This document shows positions 17,959-28,300 of a stretch of 64,000 nucleotides of DNA, in pieces. How positions within the stretch are numbered: the stretch's first letter is position 1; every line of letters starts with the position of its first letter. The position numbers were made by a program, and so were the translations under genes. This DNA comes from an uncultured delta proteobacterium (GTDB lineage Bacteria > Desulfobacterota > Binatia > Binatales > Binataceae). The stretch is from the NCBI GenBank assembly GCA_963710425.1, contig CAVQAR010000018.1:71506-135505 (forward strand). Direction: 5' to 3'. The notes beneath the pieces were generated by a model. That model saw only the letters and a list, made by a program, of their open reading frames with translations, was not told where the DNA came from and made no database searches.

Positions 17959-19371
17959 TCAAAAGTCTATCGCTTCCCCATCAGCCGCCAAAGCCGCCTG
18001 CATAATCGCCTCCGACATCGTCGGATGCGGATGCGCCGTTTTCCCAATCTCCGTGACCGTCGTCTCGAGCGCCTTGCCGAGCACCACTTCCGAAATAATA
18101 TCGGTCGCTGCGTGTCCGATAATCTGGCATCCGATCACTTCGCCGTATTGTTTGGTCGCGACGATTTTCACAAAGCCCGCAGTCTCGCCAATCGCCACCG
18201 CCTTGCCCATCGCGCGAAACGGAATCTTGCCGACTTTCACCTCGATCCCTCGCGCTTTCGCCTCTGCCTCGCTGAGACCCACCGTCGCAACTTCCGGCTC
18301 GCAGTAGATACATCCCGGAATCGCGAGCAGGTCGAAGCCCGGCTCGCGCACCCCCGCCATGATTTCCACCGCCGCAATTCCCTCCGAACTCGCCTTATGC
18401 GCCAGTAGCGGCGGCCGAATCACGTCGCCGATCGAGTAGATACTCGGCACGTTGGTCTGAAACGAATCGTTAACTTTTATAAATCCGCCGCGCTCGAGCT
18501 CGACGCCAAGCTTTTCAAGCCCGAAGTTCATGCTGAGCGGCGTACGCCCGACCGCGACCAGCACCACTTCAGCCTCGACCGACTTCTCCGCGCCATCGGC
18601 ATTCACCGTGACGGCCCACAGTTCACCCTTGCGCGCCATCGACTTGTATCCATGCCCGAGCATCACCGTGATTCCACGTTTGATGAACGCGCGCCGCAAC
18701 TCCTCGGCGACCTCGGCGTCGACTCCGGGCAGCATCTGCTTCTCGAGCTCGACGATCGTCACCTTGGCCCCGAACGCGCTGTAAAAATAACCAAACTCGA
18801 GCCCAATCGCGCCCGCGCCAATCACGACCACGCTCGCCGGCATCGTATCGAGCACCAGCGCCTCGTGGCTGGTAACAACCCCGTCGCCAACCTTCATCCC
18901 CGGGAACAATTTCTCTCCCGACCCAGCCGCAATCAGAATTCTCTCGCCCTCGAGCGCCGCAACCGCCGGCGCCTGTTTTCCCTGAACTTGTTTGAGCGCA
19001 ACCGAATGCGCCCCGGTGACCATCGCGTCAGCCTCGAAGTAATCAATCTTGTTTTTCCGAAACAGGTAGAGCACGCCCTTGGAAAGCTTCTCCGCGGCCG
19101 CCCGCGATCGCGCGATCACCTTGGCAAAATCAAACCGAACCTCGCCGGTCTCAATCCCATGCTCTTTCGAAGCTCCGCGAATCGTATCCATCGCCATCGC
19201 CGAACTAAGCAGCGCCTTGGACGGAATACACCCCCAATTCAAACAAACCCCGCCCGGCCGATCGCGCTCGATCACCGCCACCCGCATCTTCAACTGCGCC
19301 GCCCGAATCGCCGCAACATACCCCCCAGGCCCCGAACCAACGACAACAAGGTCATACCGAGAATTATCCAA
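17959..19371 (-). CDS. lpd: dihydrolipoyl dehydrogenase
   Basis: YDLVVVGSGPGGYVAAIRAAQL, redox disulfide GGVCLNWGCIPSK, and C-terminal HAHPTMSEA. Start placed at TTG 19371 (GGAAGGG 7 nt upstream) because the tracked start 19494 lies inside a repeat. Confidence 0.92.
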   Translation of the reverse strand: MDNSRYDLVVVGSGPGGYVAAIRAAQLKMRVAVIERDRPGGVCLNWGCIPSKALLSSAMAMDTIRGASKEHGIETGEVRFDFAKVIARSRAAAEKLSKGVLYLFRKNKIDYFEADAMVTGAHSVALKQVQGKQAPAVAALEGERILIAAGSGEKLFPGMKVGDGVVTSHEALVLDTMPASVVVIGAGAIGLEFGYFYSAFGAKVTIVELEKQMLPGVDAEVAEELRRAFIKRGITVMLGHGYKSMARKGELWAVTVNADGAEKSVEAEVVLVAVGRTPLSMNFGLEKLGVELERGGFIKVNDSFQTNVPSIYSIGDVIRPPLLAHKASSEGIAAVEIMAGVREPGFDLLAIPGCIYCEPEVATVGLSEAEAKARGIEVKVGKIPFRAMGKAVAIGETAGFVKIVATKQYGEVIGCQIIGHAATDIISEVVLGKALETTVTEIGKTAHPHPTMSEAIMQAALAADGEAIDF

Positions 19372-19428
19372 GATGAAACCCTTCCAAGTGTTTGGTTTTA
19401 TTATTCCCTGAATCAGAACTTGATCGTA

Positions 19429-19800
19429 GTGAAACCCGCCGTGGGTTTCACGCTTCCTTGGGCAGGGGTAACCCCTGCACCTTTGATAAAGCAACGATGC
19501 TGGGTATCTCTGTTAAAACGGGGTTGCGGTGGTGCTGAAGAATTTACCTCGCCCGTTACTTTACGGGAGAGGCGGCCGGACGCATCGCGGCCGGCAGGTG
19601 AGGGTTCTGCGACTCAACCCTAAAGCTGGCGTGCTCACTTTTTGTGTCATTCTAGAGCGCGCCTCAAATGATTCCCTTCCACCAGCCGAAGCCCTGAGCG
19701 CAGCCGAAGGGGAAGAATCCCGGCTCTTAACCTCTCTCTGTCAGGGAGGGTCGACGCACGTCCTCGTGCGTCGGGTGAGGGTCCAAATTCCTGGTTCCTG
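19429..19800. repeat. cluster of intergenic repeat modules upstream of lpd
   Basis: Inverted two-hairpin unit at 19429-19482. Core module CCTCGCCCGTTACTTTACGGGAGAGGCGGCCGGACGCATCGCGGCCGGCAGGTGAGGGT, matching 5646-5703. An expanded GTGTCATTC..GAAGAATCCC module. Hairpin CGACGCACG-TCCT-CGTGCGTCG followed by GGTGAGGGT. Confidence 0.85.
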
Positions 19801-19812
19801 CTTTGCTTCGCC

Positions 19813-20091
19813 TCAGTGCTGCAAAGTAGCGAGCCAGCGCTCCACGACGCTTCTGGCCAGCGTCGTATGTCCAACTCCGCGACGCTTTGCCAGCTTCTTG
19901 AGAGTCTCCAAGTCGTCCTTGTAGAGCCGCAGAGCGATCTGCTCTGTGCGAGCGGGTCGAATCTGGACTTCGAGATCTTCGAGTTGGTCGCCGAATTCTT
20001 CGATGCTGTGACGATCCCAGAACTTGCGCTCAGCGCGATCGCTTTTGAAAATCGGAAGCTTGCGCTTTTTTTCAATCATCTTCATCGTCAT
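19813..20091 (-). CDS. brnA: BrnA-like (CopG/RHH) antitoxin
   Basis: 92 aa: ..ERKFWDRHSIEEF..IALRLYKDDLETLKKLAKRRGVGHTTLARSVVERWL. Overlaps the upstream toxin gene by 4 nt. Confidence 0.7.
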   Translation of the reverse strand: MTMKMIEKKRKLPIFKSDRAERKFWDRHSIEEFGDQLEDLEVQIRPARTEQIALRLYKDDLETLKKLAKRRGVGHTTLARSVVERWLATLQH

Positions 20092-20462
20092 TTTCCGCGC
20101 CTCCAGTTGCGGTAATTTCGGATCTCATCCGGAGCCGAGACGCGCGCACTGACGCACAGCCGCATCGATACGTCGAATTCCAACCGCTGAACGCGTTCGC
20201 CCGCAGGCTGCATAACAAACACGCCGGCTTCTTCGAGATCTCGTGGTTGCGCGGCGCGCAGCACACAGGTCAGAAACTCGCCATCACCCAACGGAGCTAC
20301 CACGAACCACCTCGTCCGAGTTCCTCGACCGCCTCGTCGGATGCGCGCCCGACCATGGCGGCTAAAGACCGCGTCCGCAACGTCATCAGCGTCGATGTCG
20401 CGCTCGGCTACATGTTCAAGGCTGGCGGCGGTGAATACCAGCGTCCAACCCAACATCTGCAT
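20088..20462 (-). CDS. brnT: BrnT-like (DUF497-like) toxin, divergent
   Basis: The C-terminal MRLCVSARVSAPDEIRNYRNW resembles the RIISAR.A...E...Y tail of DUF497 toxins, and the gene is paired with a BrnA-like partner. Start assumed at the internal Met (20462); the N-terminal boundary is uncertain. Confidence 0.55.
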   Translation of the reverse strand: MQMLGWTLVFTAASLEHVAERDIDADDVADAVFSRHGRARIRRGGRGTRTRWFVVAPLGDGEFLTCVLRAAQPRDLEEAGVFVMQPAGERVQRLEFDVSMRLCVSARVSAPDEIRNYRNWRRGK

Positions 20463-20572
20463 ACCATAATGGTATGCATAATGGGGATTCCTGCGCAAGC
20501 CGCGCACCCTTCTTGGTCTGATTAATTCGGCGATGAACCGTTCAGCCTGACCCTCCAGGCCGACAAGGAATC

Positions 20573-21342
20573 TCAGTCCCGCGCGAGAATCGCCGACATC
20601 GAAAAACATATTTTCTCGCGGACCCAAAAAGGCAGCCGCCGCGATTGCCCTTCAAACCAGTAACAGAGACGCGCCAGTTGCCGATAATTAATCATCGAAA
20701 AGCCGCAGTGACCGGTGATGAAAGGACTCGCCATCAGATCGATCTCGATCGGATGCAAGCCAGCCTTATGCGCAATCGCAGTCAGCTCCCCCATTGTGAT
20801 CAAAAACAAGTGACCATCGGCGTCGGGCTTGAATTGTTCCGACTCGAGCGCATCGAAGTCCGCGATCTTCGAATGAGTCGGCAAGCGGCTGCGAAAATAG
20901 GATCCATTCGGAGTAGTGAGAAAGATGCGCCCGTTCGCCGTGAGGAATCGCGCCAGGTGACGCAGGAAGTCGTCGGTATGCGCGATATGTTCAACCACTT
21001 CCGTCGCGATAACCAAATCGAACCGTCCAGTCGTGTCCGGATCGAGATCAAACAAGTTGCCGGGAAGCACCTCGATGCGATCCCGCGTCTGAAAGTTCGC
21101 GACCGCAGTCGTAAGCTCATCCGCGCGCAAATCGTTTACCGCAACGCTGACTCCGCGCGCCGCAAGGCATGCGCTCAGGGCGCCATCGCCAGCCGCCACT
21201 TCCAGTACCCGCTCGGCTTGAGCGCCAATACACTCTCCAGCGTGGTGAGCACCCGCAAACGTCCAAACGCCCCGTACGATGGAGGCCAGGCGGAACCGTA
21301 GTTCCAGCCGTCCACATCGTTCTGCCTGCTCGCGTCGGTCAT
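20573..21342 (-). CDS. class I SAM-dependent methyltransferase, one frameshift near 21197
   Basis: The N-part (MTDASRQNDVDGWNYGSAWPPSYGAFGRLRVLTTLESVLALKPSG) is in ORF 21175..21411. It continues as RVLEVAAGDGALSACLAARG..DLVIATEVVEHIAHTDDFLRHLARFLTANGRIFLTTPN in ORF 20573..21199. Confidence 0.75.
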
Positions 21343-21635
21343 CGGGCGAATCGCGGACAACCCAACGTCGCAGGTGGTTTTAAATAGTGAGTATGCGGGC
21401 AAGGCGTCCAATCAAATTATGATGACAAACTGTGGGTCGTGTTCAAATATTTGCTTCGCGGACCCCCCTGAACTTTTTCGAAATCGCGTAGCGCTCATCA
21501 ACGTCATCCGACGGCGCGCCTGCGTCGCGCTAGACATCATCAGCGGCGATCTCTCGGGCCGCTTTTCTGTCGCTCTATAGCTCAGCCATATGGAGGAATC
21601 CCCTATCTGGTATTTTCCCGACTCGCCGCCTACTC

Positions 21636-21664
21636 GAAAAGAGGCCGGAGCGGGCGCTCCGGCC
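21636..21664 (-). terminator. putative terminator after the 868-aa secreted-protein gene
   Basis: On the minus strand, GGCCGGAGCG-CC-CGCTCCGGCC is followed by TCTTTTC. Confidence 0.55.
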
Positions 21665-21675
21665 CGCGCGGTGAA

Positions 21676-24279
21676 CTAGTTCTCGGGAATAACCAGTGAG
21701 TAGCTGAAGCTCAGGCTTTGACAGTTGAGACCTTCATTGTAGGGACCGTAAGTGCCGCCACTTGTCGGTACTCCAACATCGGCTGCAAAGATTCCAGATC
21801 GCGATGTGAAAGGAGTCTCAGAGGTCAGTTTGTGAGAAGGCCCGGACGGAGAACTAAATGATGGATAGGCATCCGGATCCTCGGCGCCAGTGGTCAGGCA
21901 ATCCTCATCAAACAGATATAGCAACGTGCTCTCTCCAGCAGGCGAATTATTATTGTTCGGCGACAGTTTATTAGTCGTGACAATGTTTCCGGAGCCACTG
22001 CCAGGATTTCCATTGAGGACGTAGTTTCCCGGGATGTTCGCGCTTGCTCCGCGATATGCCACCATAAATCCAATAACCTCAGACCCATTGGTCTTCGGGT
22101 CAATCTTCAATTTGTATGTGCCGGTATCATTAGGCTGACTACCGTAGACGTAAAGAGCCACGAAAGACGTGTCACTTCCTATCGCGTCGCTTGAAACAAG
22201 TCCGCGGGTGCCGAACTGGTCTTTCAAGGCAATCCACCCTGTGGGAAGCGTGAGACGGCTGGGGTCCGTCGCTTCTCCGATATATATCGTCGCTACAAAA
22301 ACGTCGCCGAATTGAGAACCGGCTGGAGCCGTGTAGGCCAAGTTACAGTTGAATCCGGAACCGTTACTGCACTCGTCTTCGCCAACAGTGCCATCCTCCG
22401 TCGACACTGGCACGCTGTAGCCGACAAAGTACGGCAGCGGCTCGGCCAACTCGGTTATCTGGGTAGATTCGTTAGACCCTAAGGGCGTGGGTGACGCGCT
22501 TGGACCGCCGTTTGAGTACTCCTGAACCGTCCAAAATCCGCTGCCTTCATTTGGACTCCCTAAGTTAGGGTCCCAAATTGTTGACATGTAGTCACCCCAC
22601 CGCTGTTGCGGACTGGATTCGAGGCAGTTGGTGTCTCCGTAGTACGAGCTTCGGCTCGCATTCCCGAGAATTCCATATCCTAGGCTGGGCGGGTTTTGTG
22701 CGAAGCTATTGTTGTTGGGAATGAAGCCCTTGTCTAAGTACCAGTTTGGGTAGATGTTTGAGTTTAAGGCAAAGGTCTGGAACGTAGATGCAATGTCGAG
22801 ATCGTTGTCCATCGTAATCGTAGGATAACCCGCCCAAAAGTTGGGGCCATCTATGTACCATCCGTTCCACTGGCCGACACCATTGGGGTCGGTGGGGAAG
22901 CTTTCAATTTGCCCGACGAAGTAAAGGGCCTGGACGGTGTTGTTGGTACTGTCTCCAGCCTGAAACGAAGTGAGCAAGTAGTGTTTGCCGTCATTTCCTG
23001 ATTGAACGATCACGCTAGCGATTCTGTCGTCCTGAAGCGACACTTCGCACGCAGTCCCTGCACCGCAGGTGTCGTGCTGGGCGAGGGTGAACAGACCTGC
23101 AGTTCCCAAGACACCGTTGGTTGGACTAGTAATGGTCCCATTGTTCACAGTGCTCGGTCCAGGGCCAACATAGTTACCACTTGCATCTATTGAGGTAACC
23201 TGAACGAAGGGAGGTTTAGATGCTGTCACTTCGGGCGCAACCAAGAAGATAGGTTGATTTGCGCCGCCGGATATATCTCTCGAAGGCCTGGCATTGAAGA
23301 AGGCGTTGGCTTTCTGCGTCTGCCCTAGGGTCTGCGGAGCTGGAGATTTCGTGAGGACGCTAGAGGGAATCAGAACGATTTGATCGGTGCCGGCAGTACC
23401 CCCTCCCGCCGGCGAGCAGCGTAACGCGATCGCTACCCAAGTTTGGTTGTAGCCCATGATCGGCATATCGGGTGCGGGATGCGCCGAATCGACACTCGAG
23501 CAAACGTTACTGATCTTGTAGAAGTTCCAACCCATGGTTGCATCAGAACTCTGCGAGAATGCGAAGAAGAGATCGCCGTTGCTGAGATTGGTGGGTAGCG
23601 AGAGCGTCGAAACCAGCCACCGCTGAGCGAACGGATCGTATGCGACTTGAGTGTCAGTCAGTTTTGGCTGAGGCGAGAGAGTAAACCAGAAGTTAGAAAG
23701 CGTCTCAGGCGTGCCCTGTACTTGCCCCTGTTTGTTGAATACCCAAATACCGGAATTCAGTAGTTGTACGATCTGGTTGGACTGGTTGGACGAAACATCG
23801 GCGGCAACGTCTGGCGGCGCCAATGTACAAGCGTCCATGGAGCCGCCCGAGAATGGAGTTCCGAATGGTCCAACTACGGCAGCCAAAGCGGTTTGCGCAT
23901 CTAGCGAGGATTCAGGGCCCGGTCCGGCTGGTATTGGTGTCGTTGCAGGAGTTCCCCGAGGCGCGCTCGCGCCGCTCGAAAAGTCGGGGGGGTACGCGAT
24001 CGGAGGCGGGGGTTCGGTAGCGGCGGAAGCGCACAGCGATGACATTTGCCAATCCCCTCTCGTGTATGCGACATGAGCCGCGGTCTTGTCTGCGATCTGT
24101 TGACAGCGTGCCCGGAAATCAGACCATTGCTTTGGAACCCAACCGGCCGGCGGGGTCGTAGGAATGGCAATTTGAACGTGCGGCAAAGGCGTTGGCTGCT
24201 GCGCGTTGGCGCTCAGCACGATCAAGGCTGCTCCCGTCGCGAGGAAAAAGACGATCTCCGTTGCTTTTACTAATTTCAT
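21676..24279 (-). CDS. large secreted protein of unknown function (868 aa from MKLVKA)
   Basis: Signal peptide MKLVKATEIVFFLATGAALIVLSANAQQ. Asn/Ser/Thr/Gly-rich, with an RWGDYMS motif. The C-terminal ~230 aa module resembles the C-terminal region of 25400..28797. Lower G+C than the flanks. Confidence 0.7.
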   Translation of the reverse strand: MKLVKATEIVFFLATGAALIVLSANAQQPTPLPHVQIAIPTTPPAGWVPKQWSDFRARCQQIADKTAAHVAYTRGDWQMSSLCASAATEPPPPIAYPPDFSSGASAPRGTPATTPIPAGPGPESSLDAQTALAAVVGPFGTPFSGGSMDACTLAPPDVAADVSSNQSNQIVQLLNSGIWVFNKQGQVQGTPETLSNFWFTLSPQPKLTDTQVAYDPFAQRWLVSTLSLPTNLSNGDLFFAFSQSSDATMGWNFYKISNVCSSVDSAHPAPDMPIMGYNQTWVAIALRCSPAGGGTAGTDQIVLIPSSVLTKSPAPQTLGQTQKANAFFNARPSRDISGGANQPIFLVAPEVTASKPPFVQVTSIDASGNYVGPGPSTVNNGTITSPTNGVLGTAGLFTLAQHDTCGAGTACEVSLQDDRIASVIVQSGNDGKHYLLTSFQAGDSTNNTVQALYFVGQIESFPTDPNGVGQWNGWYIDGPNFWAGYPTITMDNDLDIASTFQTFALNSNIYPNWYLDKGFIPNNNSFAQNPPSLGYGILGNASRSSYYGDTNCLESSPQQRWGDYMSTIWDPNLGSPNEGSGFWTVQEYSNGGPSASPTPLGSNESTQITELAEPLPYFVGYSVPVSTEDGTVGEDECSNGSGFNCNLAYTAPAGSQFGDVFVATIYIGEATDPSRLTLPTGWIALKDQFGTRGLVSSDAIGSDTSFVALYVYGSQPNDTGTYKLKIDPKTNGSEVIGFMVAYRGASANIPGNYVLNGNPGSGSGNIVTTNKLSPNNNNSPAGESTLLYLFDEDCLTTGAEDPDAYPSFSSPSGPSHKLTSETPFTSRSGIFAADVGVPTSGGTYGPYNEGLNCQSLSFSYSLVIPEN

Positions 24280-24341
24280 GTTCCCCTTTATTGTGCCTAC
24301 GCGTTCAATTTCAATGCGCGACACTCTTTGTGTGACAGTTA

Positions 24342-24524
24342 GTTAACATTGACTACCGAGAGTTCACACACGATGCGCATTGAAAGTCAATCAGAGTGTT
24401 ACGATCAGCGGAATGCATAGCGTCTGAACCACGTTATTCTCTAGACTACTCAACTCGGCGATGAAAACCGCGATTGCCGGGTCGTCCCGAGACGCGAAAA
24501 TGTGCGCTTCGCCTCCCTGAACTC
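24342..24524. repeat. 183-bp direct repeat, copy A (5' leader/promoter region of 21676..24279)
   Basis: Near-identical to 25078-25260, including a 56-bp identical stretch CAGCGGAATGCATAGCGTCTGAACCACGTTATTCTCTAGACTACTCAACTCGGCGA. Confidence 0.9.
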
Positions 24525-25021
24525 GGAAAACTGGAGAAAGGACCGGGGGATAAGACAACCGAGCTCAACGCCGCAGAGACGGCATCTGCGGCATCTGATG
24601 TCGGACCGATGGGAGCGGGCGCGGGTTGCGCGCGCAGAATATATCCGGACGCACCACCGGGCTGCGGAAAAGGACCTTGGGGCTGGTCGGTAGGAGACGG
24701 GAAGGTGTTGGGCTGATTTAATTTGCCTGATTTCTGCAGTCTCCATAAATCTTGAGCGTATCCACAGATATAGACGCATCCCATATAGAAGCTGAGATTC
24801 ATGCACATCTGTCTAAACGAGGCCCAGTTTCCAGACCGGAGCTCGAAGTTCGGCGGTGGTGGCGATGCGGGCACGTCAGAACACCAGTTCGGATTGAGCA
24901 GTGCGGCAGGAGTTGGCTGCGGCGTGGCACCACGCGGAAGCTGCGCTTTAGCATTGGCGACCATGAGCGCTGATCCTGTCGCGATAAAGACCACGATAGC
25001 TGTGGCTTTTACGAAGTTCAG
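24446..25021 (-). pseudogene. truncated, diverged paralogue of the N-terminal module of 21676..24279
   Basis: Signal-peptide region NFVKATAIVVFIATGSALMVANAKAQ compares with MKLVKATEIVFFLATGAALIVLSANAQQ. WASFRQMC compares with WSDFRARC. CTG stands where the paralogue has ATG. The reading frame runs out into repeat copy A and stops at 24446. Confidence 0.6.
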
Positions 25022-25077
25022 TTTCCCCTTATTCTTACCGATCGAATGTTAAGTACCGCACATTTGGCTAACTGAGA

Positions 25078-25260
25078 GTTAACTTTGACTACCGAGAGTT
25101 CACACCCGATTCGCTGTGAAAGTCAATCGAAAGTTTACGCTCAGCGGAATGCATAGCGTCTGAACCACGTTATTCTCTAGACTACTCAACTCGGCGACGA
25201 AACCCGCGATTTCCGGGTCGTCCCGAAACGCGAAAATGTGCGCTTCGCCCCCCCTGAACT
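25078..25260. repeat. 183-bp direct repeat, copy B (upstream of truncated paralogue)
   Basis: See copy A. A third partial copy of the distal end (GCTTCGCGGACCCCCCTGAACTTTTT) lies at ~21452-21477. Confidence 0.9.
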
Positions 25261-25399
25261 TTTTAGCCTTACGCAATCCAAACTTTGATGAGATAATATC
25301 ACTGATGTTCGATTGTTTTCGATCACCGCCCGCATTGTCTAACGTTTCAGTTTGAGTCCGCGCGATAACCGCCCGAAAGTCCGCCGCAAGGTATCAGGA

Positions 25400-28300
25400 A
25401 TGTACTCGAAACGGACTTTTTCAGTATCTATTCTTGCGCTATTGGCTTTTTCGCTCTCTACCGCCCGCGCGCAGAACCTGCCGCCACCCGGCGCCTATCA
25501 GCCGATTCCGAATTTCACCGGCATTGGCGCGGGCCTTCAGTTCCGCGAGGCGATCAACGATCGCTTTTCCGGGGCGCAGCCCATGGTGCCGGAGTTCGTG
25601 GCCCCGAGTCTTCGCAAATTTGCCCGCGGAGCAGGACGGTACGTTGCTCTACTGCAAAGACTGCAAGCGATCGACGCCGTGCGTCGGCGGAGGCAGTGGC
25701 GCGTGGGCGCTGGGGACGCGCGGGAGTTGGTCGTGCTCGACTGGCGCACTCGAGGCGAGCCTCAACGCAAATGGCAACAAGCTCACATCGTTGGCCAACG
25801 GAACCGCGACCGGGGATTCGCTCGCATTCGGGCAGACCGGCGCGCAACTCAACACGCTGGCGGGCGCGAAGGGCGATGGCACCGACAGCATCAGCGCTTT
25901 CAACGTCAACGGCGTCTTCAATGTCAGGGCTTTCGGCGCCAAATGCGACGGTAGCACTGACGATGCGGCCGCGATTCAATCGGCGCTAACCGCCGCGAAT
26001 GCATCCGAGACTGCGGCAGGAGCGGCGACGGTCTTTGTTCCGGCAACGACATCATCATGTAAGATCAGCCGGCCGATAGTTAATGCGTCGCCGACCAACC
26101 AGCGCACCGTAGCCCTTTTCGGCGCTGGCGCAACCGCATCTACCATCTCACCGACCTTTACCGGACCGGCTATTGTTCTCGTTGGTCAAGGCCCGGCGTC
26201 GCAGGTCAAGACTTCGCTCACCAACAATATCATTCCGGGCGGCTCAGGCTTTTCGATGACGTGGGCCAGCGGCTCCAACGACTACTTCGACCTGTCAGAA
26301 GTCTTACCCTCGAATATCAACGTGCAGCCTTACGTCGGGGTGTTCAATGGGGATAGTCAGTGGGACATTCGGCTGTTCTTCAAGCCAACTGACCTATCGG
26401 CTACGCATTGCCTATGGGCCAGCACCGGCGCGTTCAATACTGTGCTCTATAGCGGCGGCGACATAGGTGGCGGCGGGATGGGCTACCTATGCACAGAAGC
26501 AGACGGCAAGCTGCATGGGATGCTCAACGTCAGTGGCACGCTCATAAAGGTCGCGAGCAGTGCGCTGACCGTGAACACCGTCTATGAAGCCGAGCTGAAT
26601 CTCGATAGCAGCCACAACGTCAACTTGTTCGTCGGCACCGGTGGCACGGTCACGCGAGTAGCACAGACTGCTTCCAGCGGTACGGCGATTACGCAACGAG
26701 CGGATGAGAACGACCTGCTAGGTAACGGATTACCTACCTGGCCCTACGCTTTGGGAAATAACGTAAACAACTGGCAGGGCGCGATCCAGTCAGTTCAGAT
26801 TTCCAACACCGCCCGTCATACAGGAACGAGCTACACTGAGGACACGGCTAATTTCGCGGCTGATGGCAACACTTTCTTTCTGGATAACTTCGACCTTAAC
26901 CAGTTTCCCGGCGGCATTGCCGTTGCGCCAATTACCCAGGTGGATGCTCCCGCGAATGCGTGGATGGCGTTGCATATAGGAGAGCTAGGCTGTTGCGGCG
27001 GTACTTATAACGTCAGCGGCCTGAATATTACCAGCAGCACAGTCGGTATCTACGCGGATGCGGCGGCCGTTGATATCTCCCATGTTACCACCAACGCTAC
27101 GATGTATGGCATCGAGGTCTCGCGCACGGCGGGCTTCAACAGTTTTATCCACGACATCACCGAGTTCCAGGGCGTTGACAATAGCGCGGGCGGGGTCGTC
27201 GGCATTCTGTCGCTGGGCGGAATCACTTTCATTAGAGACGTGATTCTTAATCAGGCGAATATGTTTCCGATCTACACGACCGGCTCTTCAGTGGTGAATG
27301 CTTACATAGCCACTAACAACCGGAATATGTGCGGCGTCGGTGTCGAGACCTTCGCACAGGGAGTAAACGTGTTGCCGGTTCATCTTGAGCACATAGTTGC
27401 CGACACCGAAAATGGCGGCAACTTTCCCGGCATATGTATAAGTGGCAACGGTCCTGTGTCGGTAACCGGCAGCGTAATCGCACCTTCCGGAACCGCATCA
27501 TCCATTCAACTACTCGGAGCGGTCGGTCCTATCACGCTCCAGGGCAATAACTTTCTGCAAAGCTCAAATGCGATCGTAGATACTACCTACGCAACGCCCA
27601 CTGCAGGCGCGTCGATCGTATTTGACAATAATGTGTACGCTGGGGGCTATACCCCGCTCGGCGGTACTTACACGAACTTTGGCTTTCCCTACTCCACGAT
27701 AGGCCACACGCCGACCTTCCATCATTTGCAAATCCCGGTCGTGCCCACGCCAGAGCTGGGAGCTGTCAACAACCAACCGCTATGTATCGGTACGACAACC
27801 TGTGCATACCCGGTCCCCACTGACGCTCATGTCGGCGACGTCGAGATAGCCGCGCCCGCGATTCAAGGCGGGGCAGTGGGCACGGTAACGGCTCCTGCGG
27901 GCTGGACGCTTGCTTGTACCGCCGACAACAGCCCGAATGGCGACTACGTTCCGGTCTATTGGCACGTCGTCACAGCGAATGACACTGCTACCTATACCTG
28001 GACAGCGGGCAATTCGATGGTATGGCGCGGCGGCATAGCGTCCTTCTCCGGGATCAATCAACTCGCGCCGGTCGATCAGTGCGTGACGTTCGACTGCGAA
28101 CGGGACTACGTCGATTACGCTGACAGGAATGACTTCAAGCGACCAGAACGACATTGCCATATTTCTGACTGACAATGTCGGGAACAACGGCATAATGATG
28201 ACCTTACCATCGCCGCCTGCGGGTGTGGTGATGGATTTCTTCGGGCAGTCTAACTCGGAGAGCATCTGGTCCTACTTGCCCCAATCAACCACCATACCCA

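Noticed and set aside
5436-19800. Possibility that the recurring hairpin repeats form a CRISPR array
   Set aside because: Copies are dispersed over tens of kb, occur in both orientations, have variable module composition and lack regularly sized spacers. No cas genes are present.
21566-21610. tRNA-like string GCTCTATAGCTCAGCC
   Set aside because: Only a D-arm-like motif is present. I could not fold an acceptor stem, anticodon arm or T-arm (no GTTCRANNC), so it is not a tRNA or a convincing att remnant.
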